A stretch of DNA of 64,000 nucleotides from an uncultured Chloroflexia bacterium. GTDB lineage: Bacteria > Chloroflexota > Limnocylindria > Limnocylindrales > CSP1-4. The stretch lies in NCBI GenBank assembly GCA_963748625.1, contig CAVVJT010000007.1:800001-864000 (forward strand), read 5' to 3'. Position numbers and translations under genes: made by a program. Shown here piece after piece: positions 44,471 through 55,370 of this stretch; the first letter of the stretch is position 1; the number at the start of each line of letters is the position of its first letter. A model generated the notes under the pieces. That model made no database searches. It saw nothing but the letters and a program-made list of their open reading frames with translations, and was not told the origin of the DNA.

Positions 44471-44730
44471 GGGTCTCCTGCCGGGCTGCTGAAGGGGCGA
44501 GGGTGAATGATTGCGGGGTTGGTGTCAGAAGGCATCCAGGTAGCGGTTGAGTTCCCTTCCGGTGACCTGGGCGCGGTCATCGTCCAACTCCGGCCGCTTG
44601 GCCGCGACGTAGTTGGACAGGACGTGGTCGCCGAGCTCCAGGTCGTCCAGGGCCGGACCCGGGCCCGCAGGACGCGCACCCAGCTGATGCCCGGAGTGGC
44701 ATCAGTGGCAGGGGCGTCCGCCCCGACGGA

Positions 44731-45150
44731 GATCGCTGCCGGGAGGATCGCTGCCGGGAGGATCGCTGCCGGGAGCTCGCGGAGCGTGGGCACGCGGGAA
44801 GCCTACGCGAACTGGTCGGCGGCTCGCGGTCGCGTGGCGCGGTCGCCGGGTGCGGTCGCCGGGTGCGGTCGCCGGGTGCGGCCGCGTGGCGCGCCAGCCG
44901 CCCAGCGGGCCTTGTGTGCAGGGAAGCGCGCAGTCGTCCCGCTGGCCGGGCCGCGCAGGGTGATTCGGCGCTGAACAGGTCTCTGTCGCCCGCTGGACGG
45001 GACGAGTGTGCGGAATCATGCACGTACGGCCCGCTGGCCGGGAGCTGGCCCGGGCTGGCCGGGAGTTGGCCCGGGCTGGCCGGGAGTTGGGGCCAGGGCA
45101 GGCCGGGATCTGTACGGCCCGCTGGCCGGGAGCTGGCCGGGAGTTGGGGC
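44731..45150. repeat. Intergenic cluster of short tandem repeats
   Basis: GATCGCTGCCGGGAG x3 (44731-44775), GCGGTCGCCGGGT x3 (about 44838-44882), GCTGGCC(C)GGGAG units (about 45020-45150). Confidence 0.8.
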
Positions 45151-45180
45151 CCTGGCCAGGGTCCGGACGATGCGGGCGCT

Positions 45181-46680
45181 TCAGGCCCTCCGGGCCGCCA
45201 CCAGGTCCTCGAGCACCCGCCCGAACTCCCGCTGCACGTCAACGTAGCGGTCCGTCCGCATGACCAGCGCGACCTGCCCGTCGGCGGTGACCCGGGCCCA
45301 GACCCGGCGACGCGGCATCCAGAACGTGATGAGCAGGCCCGTGATCAGCAGACCGAACGCCGTCCACACGATCCCCTGCCCCGGATCGCGTTTGGCAATG
45401 AGCAGCGTGAACTCGCCGAAATCGCGCAATTCGATCGAGAAGTCCGTCCCGCCGGGCTGGGCGGTGTCGCCGCGGACGAGCACCACGGGCTCCAGGCCCT
45501 CGACCGCCGGCGATCCGTCCGGGTTCACCTCGCCCGACGCCCGGAACGGCAGGACCAGGAGGACGCCCACCCCGTCGGCGTCGCGCTGGAGCAGGAGCTG
45601 CAGGACCACGTCGCGGCCGGGCACCGCGAACTCGGCGAACGGGGAGCCGGCCGCCTGGTCGGTCATCGGGATCGGGCCGGTCCAGAGGGGATCGCCGCCT
45701 GCGTCGCGGATCACCAGCACCGGCGCCGGCCCGAAGCCGTTCTGGTGGAACGTGTAGCCGCCGGCCGCGAGCGGGTCGTTGACGCGGATCAGCTTGCGGG
45801 CCAGCAGCGCGCCATCCTGGTAGACCTCGAGGTCCGTGGTGAAGTCGGTCGGCCTGCCCGTGTCGAACCCGGGAGCCTCGAAGCCCAGGTTGCGCACCAG
45901 CAGCAGGCCCGGCGTCCCGATCGCCTGGACGGTCATCGTCTCGCCCTCTGCCACCACGAGGCCCTGCTCGTCCCCGAACCGCGAGGTCACCGCCGCCGCG
46001 ACCAGGAACAGGATCAGGCCCAGGTGGGAGATCAGGGTGGCGAGCTTGGTCCAGCGGTTGCGGTCGCCGTAGACGTAGGTCGTGCCGTCGTGGGTCGTGC
46101 CGTCGTGGGTCGCGCCGTCGTCGGTCGTGACGCCGTCGGTCGTCTCCTTCCGGACGACGAACCGGTGCCGCCGGAGCACCTCGGCCAGCGCGTCGGCCGA
46201 CACCCCTGCCATGAGCGCCCGATCCGGCAGCGTGGGGTCGAAGAAGGGGTCGGGCTGGACCACGCGGATCTCCGCGGACGAGCGCCACAGGCGCGGGGTC
46301 CGGTCGATGGTGCAGGCAATGATCGAGAGGATCAGCACCACCACGCCGATGCTGAACCAGACCGACGTGAAGACCTGGAAGAGCTGCAGCCGCTCCAGGA
46401 GCGAGACGATGTCCGGCCCGAGCGTCGGCTCGTACAAGGCCCGGAGCTTGTCCATCTCGTTCGCGTAGTCCGTCGCCGAGCGGAACGCGAACCCCGGCAG
46501 CTGCTTGAGGATCATGCCCACGACCGCGAGCAGGGCCAGGGCGATGATCTGGAGGACCGCGAAGTCCACGGAGGTCAGCAGACCCCAGATCGCATCGGCG
46601 ATGCGCGCGAGCGGATTGGGGGTGGGACGTGCGGGACGCGCCGCGCGACCCGCGGCCACCATGGTGCGGTCGTCGGTCAC
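45181..46680 (-). CDS. resB: Cytochrome c biogenesis protein ResB/Ccs1
   Basis: LTSVDFA...G.ILKQ, VFTSVWF, IIACT..R, SHLGLI, IRVNDPL, RDPG.GIVW. Confidence 0.88.
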   Translation of the reverse strand: MTDDRTMVAAGRAARPARPTPNPLARIADAIWGLLTSVDFAVLQIIALALLAVVGMILKQLPGFAFRSATDYANEMDKLRALYEPTLGPDIVSLLERLQLFQVFTSVWFSIGVVVLILSIIACTIDRTPRLWRSSAEIRVVQPDPFFDPTLPDRALMAGVSADALAEVLRRHRFVVRKETTDGVTTDDGATHDGTTHDGTTYVYGDRNRWTKLATLISHLGLILFLVAAAVTSRFGDEQGLVVAEGETMTVQAIGTPGLLLVRNLGFEAPGFDTGRPTDFTTDLEVYQDGALLARKLIRVNDPLAAGGYTFHQNGFGPAPVLVIRDAGGDPLWTGPIPMTDQAAGSPFAEFAVPGRDVVLQLLLQRDADGVGVLLVLPFRASGEVNPDGSPAVEGLEPVVLVRGDTAQPGGTDFSIELRDFGEFTLLIAKRDPGQGIVWTAFGLLITGLLITFWMPRRRVWARVTADGQVALVMRTDRYVDVQREFGRVLEDLVAARRA

Positions 46681-46689
46681 CGGCGGATG

Positions 46690-47985
46690 CTACACCGGCT
46701 CGTCCGAACCCCCGGTGCCCCGGCCTGCGGGCAGCGCGCCACCCACATGGAAGGGCATCGACTCACCGCGTGCGTCCGCCCCCCGCGGCGCGCCGGACAC
46801 CCGGTCACGCCCGCCGCGCTTCGAGCGGTACATCGCCTCGTCCGCCTGCTCCAGCAGCCCGTTCACGGCCACACCGTCGTGCGGATACGACACGATGCCT
46901 ACCGAGACGGTCGTCGGCACGGGCGCGCCATCCAGCACCAGGGAAGCCTCGGCGATGCCCTGCCGGATCTGCTCGGCCACCACCCAGCCGCCGGTCGGGT
47001 CGGTCTCGGGCAGAAGCACCACGAACTCGTCGCCACCGAACCGGGCGCCGGTGTCGATCTTGCGGATACGGGACCGGATCACCTCCCCGGCGGTCCGGAG
47101 GGCCGCGTCTCCCGCCCGATGGCCGTGCCGGTCGTTGATGCCCTTGAGGTCGTCGAGATCGATCATCAGCACGCAGAAGGCCCGTCCGGTCCGCTCGCTC
47201 CGGCCCAGCTCGCGCTCGAGCGCCGCGAACACCGACCGCCGCGTGCGCAGCCCGGTGAGGTCGTCCTCGGTGGCCCGCCGGATGACCTCGTGGCGTGCGC
47301 GCCGGTGCTCCGCGGCCAGCGCCATGCCGACGTAGCCCACGAGGAACACGACAGCGAGGTTGACCGCGACCAGCGCGACCGCGAGGGGTGTCAGCGGGTT
47401 GGGTCCGCCGATGGCGACGGCTGCCAGGTACGCGATTCCTGCGGACGCGGCGACGACGACGGTGGTCCGCTCCGACACCACGACCGACGCACCGGCGACA
47501 AGCATCGCGAACACCGCCGTGAAGGGGCTCAGCGCACCGCCCGTCATGCCGACCAGGAGGCCGGCGAACAGCAGCCCCAGCACCCCCTCCGACGTGAGGA
47601 CGAGCGGATCGGGCCGACCGCCGGGCAGCAGCTCATGGACGATGAAGACGTAGACGCTGGCGATGGCGAGGAGGACGACGATCAGTGCCGCGCGATCGGC
47701 CCACAGGTTGGTGGCCGCCACGACCGCGGCGACGACGAACAGGAAGAGCCATGTGCCGACGCGCAGGACCCGGTCGAGCGCGGCGGGCCGCAGGTCACCC
47801 TCGGTGATGGAGTCCGTGCCGGCCCTCGCGTCGGCGTTGGCCTCGGCCCTGGCGTCGGCCTGTGCCGTCAGCGGGTGCGCACGATCGTGCAGGCGATGGC
47901 CCACGGGCGGCGCGAACGTGGCGAAGACGGCAAGCGCGCCGAGCAGCACGACAAGCCCCACCGCCAGGACGTTCTGCAGTTCCAC
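46690..47985 (-). CDS. Membrane-bound diguanylate cyclase
   Basis: Multiple TM helices; D.LTGL, DLDDLKGINDRHGH, RFGGDEF; start uncertain. Confidence 0.88.
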   Translation of the reverse strand: MELQNVLAVGLVVLLGALAVFATFAPPVGHRLHDRAHPLTAQADARAEANADARAGTDSITEGDLRPAALDRVLRVGTWLFLFVVAAVVAATNLWADRAALIVVLLAIASVYVFIVHELLPGGRPDPLVLTSEGVLGLLFAGLLVGMTGGALSPFTAVFAMLVAGASVVVSERTTVVVAASAGIAYLAAVAIGGPNPLTPLAVALVAVNLAVVFLVGYVGMALAAEHRRARHEVIRRATEDDLTGLRTRRSVFAALERELGRSERTGRAFCVLMIDLDDLKGINDRHGHRAGDAALRTAGEVIRSRIRKIDTGARFGGDEFVVLLPETDPTGGWVVAEQIRQGIAEASLVLDGAPVPTTVSVGIVSYPHDGVAVNGLLEQADEAMYRSKRGGRDRVSGAPRGADARGESMPFHVGGALPAGRGTGGSDEPV

Positions 47986-48158
47986 CTGATCGAGACCCCC
48001 GGGTGCGGACACGCCTCTCCCGTGACGCGTCCTGAGCGGATCGTACGACGCCGGGCGCTCCGGGTCACGCACCGCTGCGACATGGTGGTGTACGGAGGCG
48101 CCAACCCGTGCCGGGCGGACGCTCAGCGAGGGGCCGGCTGGCCCGGGGCCGCAGGCGC

Positions 48159-48632
48159 CTAGCGCGTCCCCCACTGGTAGGACTGCTTCATGAGCCGCAG
48201 GTAGACGAAGGTCTCCGTCTCGCGGACGCCCGGAATCTTGCGCAGCTTCTCCGAGAGGAACTGGAGGAGCGCCTCGTTGTCCTCCGCGACTGCCTCCACC
48301 AGGATGTCGTAGGCGCCCGCCGTCACGACGACGTAGTCAGTCTCGGGGAAGGCGGCGAGCGCCTCGGCGACCTCGATCAGGCGGCTGGCCTCACAGCGGA
48401 TCCCGATCATCGCCCACTGCTGGAAGCCGAGCTTGAGCGGGTCGGTGACGCCGACGACCTGGAGGATCCCCCGCTCGATCAGGCGGTTGGTGCGGGCACG
48501 AACGGCTGCCTCGGAGACGCCCAGGTCCGCGGCGATCTGCGTGAAGGGGCGGCGGCCGTCCTCCTGGAGGTGCTCGATGATCCGCTTGTCGAGCTCCGAG
48601 ATGTCGTACATCCGGTTCCGGCGGTCAGTCAT
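48159..48632 (-). CDS. Lrp/AsnC regulator
   Basis: LDKRII..LQEDGR.PF..IA..LGVSEAAVR.R. Confidence 0.92.
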   Translation of the reverse strand: MTDRRNRMYDISELDKRIIEHLQEDGRRPFTQIAADLGVSEAAVRARTNRLIERGILQVVGVTDPLKLGFQQWAMIGIRCEASRLIEVAEALAAFPETDYVVVTAGAYDILVEAVAEDNEALLQFLSEKLRKIPGVRETETFVYLRLMKQSYQWGTR

Positions 48633-48848
48633 CGCCGCGCGCTCCGGCGCGGGGCGATCGGCGAGAGCGCGCACGTGATGACGCGGGGGGCGCGCAGGTC
48701 GACGGGACGCATCATGGCGTCTCCGGCGTGGGGCGCCGCGGGTTGGAGGAGTTGGCGCCGGGCCGGGATGCTACCACTGCGGGACGGCCGCTGCGACGAG
48801 GAAACCCAACGGGCGGGACACGCGAAAGCCGGGGTGGTGCTCGACTGC

Positions 48849-49786
48849 TCAGCCCCGGTCGAGCAGCTCCAGGACCGGGGCGAGGGCCGCGACCGAGGCC
48901 TCGGTGATCGGATCCACCACCAGCTGCACATGCCCGATGCCCTGCCGGGCGTAGGCGCGCAGCTCCTCGGCCAGGTGCTCCGCCGAGCCCGTCGAGCGGC
49001 GCAACCGACATCTTCTCGGACGTGTCGCCCATCACCCGGCCCGTGCCGCCCGGCATCCGCACCAGCACCGCGACCGTGCGCTCCACCATCGACGGATCGC
49101 GGCCCGCATCGAGGCAGGCGCCGTCCACGACGTCGCGCAGGGCGCCGACCCCGGCCGGCGCAGTTGCCCGTGTCGGCGTACCACGCGTTCCACGCCGCCA
49201 CGTACGGAATCGTCGCGCGCAGCATGCGCGGCCCCGACGACCCGATGAGGATCGGCGGGCCGCCCGGCCGCGCCGGCCGCGGCAGGAGCTCGGCGTCACG
49301 GGCGGTGAAGAACTCGCCCTCGAAGTCGATCGTGCCATGGGCGAGGAGCTCGTGCACGATCGTGAACGCCTCCTCGAAACGCGAGATCCGGTGATCGAAC
49401 GGGGCACCGAGGGCCGCGAACTCCACCGGGTTCCAGCCCGCCCCGAGACCCAGGACGAGGCGCCCGCCGGAGATCTCGTCCACGGTGGCGGCCTGCTTGG
49501 CCAGCATGAACGGACTGTGGAACGCGGTGGCCGCCACCAGCGGACCCAGCGTCACGCGCTCCGTCGCCTCGGCGAGGCCGGCCAGGGTCGTCCAGGCCTC
49601 CCACGGACCGCGGGTCTCCCCGGCGTCGTACCGGTAGAGCAGGTGGTCGCCGAACCAGACGGAGTCGAAGCCCGCCTGCTCGGCGGTGCGGGCGATCGCG
49701 CGGAGCTCGGGCCAGCGGACCTCGCGCTCCACCTCGGGCAGCTGGATGCCGACGCCAAGGGGCCGGCCGGGTCGTCTCGGGATCAT
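48849..49786 (-). CDS. LLM-class flavin-dependent oxidoreductase (frameshifts near 49165 and 48990)
   Basis: AEQAGFDSVWFGDH, ATVDEISGGRLVLGLGAGW. Confidence 0.85.
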
Positions 49787-49852
49787 GCCCCCGACGGTAG
49801 CACCGGCGGGCGGGCGTCCGATGCGCCGCTGATGCGGCGTACGATGCGACCG

Positions 49853-51095
49853 ATGGCCACCCGCGATATCGGGCTCCTGTTCGCCGCACGCACCGTGCGC
49901 ATGTTCGGCTACGGCCTCCTTGCCGTGGTGCTCGTCCTGTACCTGGCGGCCGTCGGCTACGACGGGGCGCAGATCGGCCTCCTCCTGGCCCTCACGTTGC
50001 TCGGCGATGCGGCGATGTCGCTGTGGCTCACCACGCACGCGGACCGCATCGGCAGGCGACGCGTCCTCGCGCTCGGCGCGGTCCTGATGCTCGTGGCCGG
50101 CGGCTCGCCTTCGCCGCGACACCCGATCTTCGCCGTGCTCCTGGTCGCAGCCACCGTCGGCGTCATCAGCCCCAGCGGCAACGAGGTCGGCCCGTTCCTC
50201 GCGGTGGAGCAGGCGTCGCTGAGCCAGCTCGTCCCGGACCGCCGCCGCACGCATCTCTTCACCCGGTACCAGCTCGCGGGCTCCCTGGCCACCGCGGCCG
50301 GCACGCTGGCGGCCGGAGCGCTGGTCGGGATCGCGTCCGCGCCAGCCGGAGCACGACGGGCCCGGCGGACGTGTACCGCGGGGTGATCGTGGGCTATGCG
50401 CTGGTGGGCGCCGTCCTCGCCGTCCTGTTCTGGCGCCTGTCGCCGGCCATCGAAGTCGCCCGCACCCGGAGGCGGCCGACCAGACCGTCCGCGCGCGCCT
50501 GGGCCTCCATCGAAGCCAGCGGGTCGTGCCGAGCCTCTCCGCGCTGTTCGCCCTCGACGCCTTCGCCGGCGGCTTCGTCATGCAGGGCTTCATCGCGTAC
50601 TGGCTCGCGGACAGGTTCGGGGCCGACCCGTCGTGATCGGCGGGATCCTGTTCGGCGGCCAACGTGCTGGCCGCAGTCTCGGCGCTCGCCGCGGCCCCCC
50701 TGGCGGCACGGTTCGGCCTGGTCAACACGATGGTCTTCACCCACCTGCCGTCGAACGTGCTGCTCTGCCTCGTGCCGTTCATGCCCACGCTGGAGCTCGC
50801 CGTCCTCGTCCTGCTCGCCCGCTTCGCCATCAGCCAGATGGACGTGCCGACACGCCAGTCCTACACGATGGCGATCGTGGACCCCGACGAGCGATCGGCG
50901 GCGGCAGGGATCACGGGCATCGCCCGCAGTCTCGGCGTGGCAGCCTCACCCCTGGTCGCCGCGCCGCTCGTGGTGTCCTCGGCCGTGCCCGGTCTGCCGT
51001 TCGTGATCTCCGGCGCGCTCAAGGTGGTGTACGACCTGCTGCTGTGGCGCCGCTTCCGCGCGGTGCGCCCGCCCGAGGAACGCGTGGGCTCCTGA
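49853..51095 (+). CDS. MFS transporter (several frameshifts)
   Basis: ADRIGRRR, SPSGNEVGPF, LDAFAGGF, NTMVFTHLPSN, SQMDVPTRQSY across frames. Confidence 0.85.
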
Positions 51096-51134
51096 CGAGA
51101 GCCGGTGGAGCCGACCGGAGGAACTGGGCCGGGC

Positions 51135-52766
51135 CTACGGGGTGACGATCCCGTTCCCGGTGATCAGCGACAGGATCACGTCGATGTCGGCTGAGCCCGT
51201 GACGCCCGTGTACTTCGCCTTGACCGTTCCTTGGCCGTCCACCACGAACACCCACGGCTGCTCGGTGGCCGGCCAGACCTCGTCGCCCATGCCCCAGGGC
51301 AGGGTCCAGCGGTTGAGCGGCGGATCCTCGAGGCTCCCCGACAGGACGGGCTCGTCGGTGATCACCTGGTACTCGAACGGCTCGAGGTGCGCGAAGGTCA
51401 CATCCGGCCAGCGGTCGAGCAGGTAGCGGACCATGGTGATCGCACGACCGCAGGCGGGCGAGGTGCGGAACCGGTTGGAGTCGATCACGAGCACGTACGG
51501 CCGGCCCGCCTTGCGCGCGTCCGCGATGGACGTGGCGTACAGGCGCTCGTCGATCTGGGCGTCCACGACCGTGGTGATCTGCTTGAGGTCACCGCCGACG
51601 TCGGCGCTGGTGGGCGTGTCCACGTCGGGCGCCGGCTCGCCGATCCGTGCGGTGATGCCGGGGTCGAGCGCGACGATCGGGGTGTGTCCGGTCCGCCCGT
51701 CGGCCGTGGTGACGACGAGCTGCCAGCTGCCCGCCGACGGGATGGGCACGTAGCCCACGAACGAGGTGACGCGCTCCCCTTTCGGGAGGATGGCGGTCGC
51801 CGGGACCGGCGGACCGGTGGATGCATCCCCCAGACCGGTGACCTGGAACGTGACCGGGACCGAGCCATCGAGCAGCCCGCCCTTCCCGTCACCGATGTCC
51901 ACGATGACCGGCGTGGAGTCCTCGGCCCAGATCGAGGTGGACACGACGGTGAGGCGCAGGACGTCCGCAGCGGGGGCCGCCGTCGCGCCGGCGGTGGACG
52001 CCGTGGGGGCGGGCGTGGGTGCTCGGGTGGGCACCGGCGTGGCGGTCGCGCCGGGCGCAGGGGTGGGCGTGGCGGGCGGCTCGGTGGGCGGCGGCGTCTC
52101 CGCGAGGAGCTGCTTCATGATGGCCGTGATCGGCTCCGCCTGCGTGCCGAAGGGGAACGTCGCGCGGAGCCGGCCCTGGGCGTCGACGAGAAACAGGTCG
52201 GCCGTGTGCGCCATCGCGTAGCCGCCGTCGGACTCCTGGTCGATGCGGGCGTACTTGACGCCCCAGCCCGCCGTGTTGCGGCTGATCTCGTCGGGCGTGC
52301 CCGACAGGCCGTAGTAGGCATCCGGCAGGTAGCGCATGTAGTTGGCCATCGCCGCAACGTCGTCCCGCTCCGGGTCCACGGACACGAACACCACGCGCGG
52401 GCCAGGCCCGACCTCGGCGAGGACCTGGTTCACGTTGCCCACGGTGGTCGGGCAGACGTCGGGGCAGTGCGTGTAGCCGAAGAAGAGGAGGACCGGGCGG
52501 CCGGCGAGGTCGGCCAGGCGGAAGGGCTGGCCATCCTGGTCGGTGAGCTCCAGGGGGGGTGCGGGTTTCGCCTCCGCGAAGGCGAACGCCGAGGCGCCGG
52601 GCGCCGCACTCGCTGCGGTACTCCCGCTATTGCCTCCGACCAGCGCAAGGAGGGCGACGGCGACCAGGCCGAACACGACCATGGCGATGCCGCCCGCAAT
52701 CACGGCTCGCTTGTCGAGCGGCTGCATGTCGGGCGTGGGCGGCGAGGATGAGACGGGTCCGGTCAT
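51135..52766 (-). CDS. SCO family protein fused to a second thioredoxin-like domain
   Basis: FFGYTHCPDVCP, VSVDPERD, MAHT; P/T linker; C-terminal PW.FVVD..G. Confidence 0.85.
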   Translation of the reverse strand: MTGPVSSSPPTPDMQPLDKRAVIAGGIAMVVFGLVAVALLALVGGNSGSTAASAAPGASAFAFAEAKPAPPLELTDQDGQPFRLADLAGRPVLLFFGYTHCPDVCPTTVGNVNQVLAEVGPGPRVVFVSVDPERDDVAAMANYMRYLPDAYYGLSGTPDEISRNTAGWGVKYARIDQESDGGYAMAHTADLFLVDAQGRLRATFPFGTQAEPITAIMKQLLAETPPPTEPPATPTPAPGATATPVPTRAPTPAPTASTAGATAAPAADVLRLTVVSTSIWAEDSTPVIVDIGDGKGGLLDGSVPVTFQVTGLGDASTGPPVPATAILPKGERVTSFVGYVPIPSAGSWQLVVTTADGRTGHTPIVALDPGITARIGEPAPDVDTPTSADVGGDLKQITTVVDAQIDERLYATSIADARKAGRPYVLVIDSNRFRTSPACGRAITMVRYLLDRWPDVTFAHLEPFEYQVITDEPVLSGSLEDPPLNRWTLPWGMGDEVWPATEQPWVFVVDGQGTVKAKYTGVTGSADIDVILSLITGNGIVTP

Positions 52767-52778
52767 CGGGTGCGGGTC

Positions 52779-53234
52779 CTAGTTGTCGCGGATCTCGGCG
52801 CTGAGGACGATGCTGCCGCTGCCCCGGGTCGCGATGGTGAGATCCACCCTGCCGCCCGCAGTCAGGTCCTGCTTGAGGTCCATGAGCATCACGTGCAGGC
52901 CGCCGGGCGCGAACGTGACGGTCCCGCCGGCCGGAACCGGCACGGATGCGACCTCCTGCATCCCCATCATCCCCGAGGAGTCCTCGACGGTCTCGTGCAG
53001 GCCCGCCGACCCGGCAACCGAGGACGTGACACCCGTGAGAGCGTCCTCCACGGTCTGGCCGTTGGTGACGTCGAAGTAGGCGGCGGTCATGCCGCCGGAC
53101 CCGGCGGACCGCACCCAGACGTTCCTGAAGGTCATGGGCCCGCCGGCCGCGCTGGGAGCTGTGGAGCCGCCGCAGGCGGCGACCATCACGCCCAGCCACA
53201 GGGCCATGAGCACGGCCGCGGTTCGCTTGAGCAT
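52779..53234 (-). CDS. Copper chaperone PCu(A)C
   Basis: VAAC lipobox; WVR, TAAYF, LHET, M.M, PGGLHVMLM. Confidence 0.92.
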   Translation of the reverse strand: MLKRTAAVLMALWLGVMVAACGGSTAPSAAGGPMTFRNVWVRSAGSGGMTAAYFDVTNGQTVEDALTGVTSSVAGSAGLHETVEDSSGMMGMQEVASVPVPAGGTVTFAPGGLHVMLMDLKQDLTAGGRVDLTIATRGSGSIVLSAEIRDN

Positions 53235-53424
53235 CCGATCTGCCTCCGGAGGACGCACGGGTCGCGGGTCGGCTTGCGACCCGGATCCGCGCCGGTTGAC
53301 GTGAGCGCAGTCTCGCAGGCCGGTCGGGCTGGCCGACCGGCGTAACGTCCCGAAGGTACCGGGCCGTCCGGCATCGTGCTGGCGAGCGCACCCGACCGCC
53401 GACTGGAGCGGCCAGAATGGCGGC

Positions 53425-54255
53425 ATGCGGCACGGGATCATCCTCACCACCGGCAACCCGCGGGAGGCAGCTGGGCTCGCCGCCGCCGCGGAGGCGGCGG
53501 GCTGGGACGGCGTGTTCACCTACGACGCCATCGCCATCGGCGACGAGGACGTCTACGACCCCTGGATCACGCTCGCCGCGATGGCGACGCAGACTGATCG
53601 GGTGCAGCTGGGCGCCTACGTCTTCGCGCCCGCGCGCCGGCGGCCGTGGAAGCTGGCCAAGGAGGCGGTGACGCTGGACGTGCTTTCCGGGGGCCGGCTG
53701 GTGCTGCCGGTCGGGCTTGGGGCGCTCGACGACGCGGGGTTCGGCAACGTGGGCGAGCCCGTGGAGGCCCGGATCCGCGCGCAGCGGCTTGACGAGACCC
53801 TGGCGATCCTCGATGGGCTGCAGTCCGGCGTCCCGTTCGCGTTCGAGGGCGAGCACTACCGCTTCGGGCCGATGACGCTGCTGCCGCGCCCGGTGCAGCG
53901 GCCCAGGATCCCGGTCTGGGTGGTGGGAGCCTGGCCGCATGAGCGCTCGATGCGGCGAGCGCTGCGCTGGGACGGGCTCGCGGTCCAGGCGACCGGTCCA
54001 GACGGTGCGCCGGCGGGGCCGGGCGTGCTCGAGGAGATCACGGCGTGGGTCCGGCGCGAACGTCCAGGGGCGGCGGTCGGCGGGTCGTTCGACATCATCG
54101 TGGATGGGGTCACGCCGGCGGACGACGCAGTTGCGGCGCGGGCGATCACGGCGGCCCACGAGGCCGCGGGCGCCACGTGGTGGCTCGAGGCGGACTGGGC
54201 GACCCGCTCGGTGGATGCGTTGCGGGCCCGGATCGCGGCCGGCCCGGCCCGGTAG
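53425..54255 (+). CDS. LLM-class flavin-dependent oxidoreductase
   Basis: AEAAGWDGVF, DPW.TLAAMA, TLDVLSGGRL.L.VGLG. Confidence 0.9.
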   Translation: MRHGIILTTGNPREAAGLAAAAEAAGWDGVFTYDAIAIGDEDVYDPWITLAAMATQTDRVQLGAYVFAPARRRPWKLAKEAVTLDVLSGGRLVLPVGLGALDDAGFGNVGEPVEARIRAQRLDETLAILDGLQSGVPFAFEGEHYRFGPMTLLPRPVQRPRIPVWVVGAWPHERSMRRALRWDGLAVQATGPDGAPAGPGVLEEITAWVRRERPGAAVGGSFDIIVDGVTPADDAVAARAITAAHEAAGATWWLEADWATRSVDALRARIAAGPAR

Positions 54256-54335
54256 GGACATGGCGGGGTAGTCCCCCTCCAGGGGGGTCCCACCGGCCCA
54301 TTGCCGCGTGACGGCAAGGGCGTACGGTATCCGTC

Positions 54336-55337
54336 ATGGGGGCCAACCGATCCGGACGTGCACTCCGCCTGCTCCTCGCGCTGGTGGTCGCCGTGCTCGC
54401 GCCCATGGCGGGCGAGGCCGGCGCGACCGCGCAGGCTGGAATCTCGGCGCCCTGCGCCGTGGGCGACACGCTGACCCGATACCGCGAGCCGGCGGACTGG
54501 TATCGCAGCGTGCTCGATACGAGGCTGCGGCTGCGTCGCTCCTACGCGCCATCGGACCTTGTGCCCGTCCTCCGGGTCGGGGTCCGCGGCGGCGGCACCT
54601 TGCGGCGGTTGGCGATCACGGACCTTGGCGCCATGTACCGGGCGGCCAAGCGGGCGGGCGCGCCCTTCGAGGCCACCTCCGCGTACCGCTCGTACGCCAC
54701 GCAGACGGCCGTGTTCTGGTCGTGGGTGCGCAAGAGCAGCCTCCGCCAGGCCCTGCTGACCTCGGCGCGTCCGGGCCACTCGGAGCACCAGCTGGGAACC
54801 GCCCTGGATCTGAAGACGCCCGGTGGCAGCGAACCCTGGTTCCACCGTGACTGGGGGAGCACGGCCGCGGGCGCGTGGCTGCGCCGGAACAGCTGGCGGT
54901 ACGGCTTCGTGCTCAGCTATCCCAAGGCGGACAGCCCGAGGAGCACCTGCTACGCCTACGAGCCGTGGCACTTCCGCTACGTGGGTCGCAGGATCGCGGC
55001 CGAGATCCACGCCTCGGGATTGGCGCCCAGGGACTGGCTCTGGAAGCATGGCGGGACGACCAGCTGGACCGGCGGTCTGCCCCACGCCACGCCGGCACCG
55101 ACGGCGACGCCCGAGCCCACCGCTTCGCCGGAGCCGACCACCACGCCCGAGCCGACGACGGGGCCGACGCCGGAACCCACTGCGACGCCGAAACCCACGC
55201 CCGAGCCGACGACGGGGCCGACGCCGGACCCCACTGCGACGCCGAAACCCACGCCCGAGCCGACGCCTGAACCGACACCGGAGATCACCCCGACGCCCGG
55301 GCCGACCACCAGTCCAACGCCCGAGGCCACGCCCTGA
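54336..55337 (+). CDS. M15B D,D-carboxypeptidase (VanY-like) with P/T tail
   Basis: SAYRS...[24 protein letters not shown]. Confidence 0.92.
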   Translation: MGANRSGRALRLLLALVVAVLAPMAGEAGATAQAGISAPCAVGDTLTRYREPADWYRSVLDTRLRLRRSYAPSDLVPVLRVGVRGGGTLRRLAITDLGAMYRAAKRAGAPFEATSAYRSYATQTAVFWSWVRKSSLRQALLTSARPGHSEHQLGTALDLKTPGGSEPWFHRDWGSTAAGAWLRRNSWRYGFVLSYPKADSPRSTCYAYEPWHFRYVGRRIAAEIHASGLAPRDWLWKHGGTTSWTGGLPHATPAPTATPEPTASPEPTTTPEPTTGPTPEPTATPKPTPEPTTGPTPDPTATPKPTPEPTPEPTPEITPTPGPTTSPTPEATP

Positions 55338-55370
55338 CCTGCCACGCGGGGGCCCGGCGCAGGGCCCCAG

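Noticed and set aside
44863-48162. 1099-aa + strand ORF and similar long ORFs (23..1618, 16371..18224, 55912..58035)
   Set aside because: Arg/Gly/Pro-rich shadow frames antisense to well-supported genes, as expected in high-GC DNA
54336-55337. Vancomycin resistance gene vanY
   Set aside because: Stand-alone M15B peptidase with no vanHAX or vanRS context
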